Of a DNA stretch of 64,000 nt, positions 63,098 through 64,000 are shown one piece after another. A model generated the notes under the pieces. The model was given only the letters and a program-made list of their open reading frames with translations. It made no database searches and was not told where the DNA came from. The translations under genes and the position numbers were made by a program. The first letter of the stretch is position 1. Each line of letters opens with the position of its first letter. This stretch comes from a virus. The stretch covers positions 1-64,000 of the IMG/VR virus record IMGVR_UViG_3300020451_000152, one strand, 5' to 3'.

Positions 63098-63644
63098 GAA
63101 ATGCTTTCCCTGCTAAGTGTGCAACCATAGATCTCCTGATACCACGAGTAACAGGTGTAATCCTATGCAAACAAAAACTAGGAAATACAATCAATGTACC
63201 CTTATCTCTAGGTAAATCATCAAACAACTCTGTGTGATGTATTTGTAGATCACCACCATCATATTCATTACCATTACTAAGTTGTAATGAGAATCCAATC
63301 TTTCTTTGTGGTGCATCATCACTCAAATCATTATCTACATGCCAATTATAATGACAACCATCATCTTCATATCTTATATATTGTAAATTCTCAAATCCTT
63401 CAGCATCAAAATGATACCATCTACTATTAATCTCTCTAGCAATATCACCAATACGATTATAAATCCACTCTACATCTTTATCAAATGCTATAAATGAGTT
63501 CCAAGATTTACGAATAGGATTAATAGAACTGACATCAATTCCTGACATTTTGACACCAATATCCTCACCAATTTGTGTTATTTTATCACACTCTTCATTG
63601 GTAAAAGCATTTGGTATGCAATGTGGATCTAATCTTGGATTCAT
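63093..63644 (-). CDS. 2OG-Fe(II) oxygenase (prolyl-hydroxylase/PKHD-like)
   Basis: WHVD, RKIGFSLQL, YDGGDL, FPSFCLHRITPVTRGIRRS. Confidence 0.9.
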   Translation of the reverse strand: MNPRLDPHCIPNAFTNEECDKITQIGEDIGVKMSGIDVSSINPIRKSWNSFIAFDKDVEWIYNRIGDIAREINSRWYHFDAEGFENLQYIRYEDDGCHYNWHVDNDLSDDAPQRKIGFSLQLSNGNEYDGGDLQIHHTELFDDLPRDKGTLIVFPSFCLHRITPVTRGIRRSMVAHLAGKAFR

Positions 63645-64000
63645 TTAAATGGTGGTCCCACTAACCATACTACTAAACTTCTTCTAACACCTCTAGTCAC
63701 TGGTGTGACCTGATGTAAAACATAACTTGGAAATACAACTGTTAAACCTTTTTCTTTAGGTGCAGTTGCTAACCTAGTTCCATGCAATTGGAAATCTCCA
63801 CCATCATACTCTGTTGGATCTGACAATTGAATTGTCAACGACAACTTACGAGGTGGTGCATCACCTTTGACCGCACCATCTGTGTGCCATCCATAGAATG
63901 AACCTGAGGAATCATACTTAGTGAACTGTAGGTCTTCATTAAACCCACTTATTTCAAATCTCCAGTGCAATCCATTCAGATTTCTAGATATACTCGCAAT
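63641..64000 (-). CDS. 2OG-Fe(II) oxygenase (PKHD-like), N-terminus beyond the window
   Basis: WHTD, RKLSLTIQL, YDGGDF, FPSYVLHQVTPVTRGVRRSLV. Confidence 0.88.
   Translation of the reverse strand: MASISRNLNGLHWRFEISGFNEDLQFTKYDSSGSFYGWHTDGAVKGDAPPRKLSLTIQLSDPTEYDGGDFQLHGTRLATAPKEKGLTVVFPSYVLHQVTPVTRGVRRSLVVWLVGPPFK

Noticed and set aside
936-63237. Numerous plus-strand ORFs of 60-125 aa in the ORF track
   Set aside because: All lie antisense to well-supported minus-strand genes, with no recognisable motifs; treated as shadow ORFs
1-64000. tRNA/rRNA genes and photosynthesis genes
   Set aside because: No cloverleaf or rRNA signature in the intergenic gaps I examined and no psbA/hli-like ORF in this window

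Overview
A 64-kb segment of an AT-rich, T4-like marine cyanomyophage (Kyanoviridae-type; a Prochlorococcus/Synechococcus host is inferred, not shown). Essentially all genes are on the minus strand. About 1-45,700 is the late morphogenesis block: terminase gp17 (N-terminal part) and gp16, gp15, gp14, gp13, a 2409-aa fibre, a 2443-aa VrlC-like protein, gp8, a 4898-aa gp7-like wedge protein, gp6 and gp25, with T4 late promoters (TATAAATA) and interspersed 2OG-Fe(II) oxygenases and small ORFs. 48,000-48,557 is a non-coding control region with divergent sigma70 promoters, paired TTTTCCACA boxes and a duplicated Met-Thr-Leu minigene. 48,558-64,000 is an accessory region of small, probably early genes, punctuated by nine copies of a palindromic GTGNCAG-N8-STGKCAC element set 27-29 nt upstream of TATAAT. 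This region also holds a DNA methyltransferase, a superfamily-2 helicase, a HinP1I/MspI-like endonuclease, two tryptophan-halogenase-like genes and more 2OG oxygenases. The most unusual observations are: a promoter-driven ~356-nt structured RNA that shares a helix-UAAGU-bulge-helix module with a second 74-nt RNA; a basic polyprotein cut into modules by prohead-protease-like sites; Russian-doll nested domains in gp7; and apparent absence of GCGC/CCGG alongside the endonuclease. All assignments come from reading motifs by eye; no searches were run.
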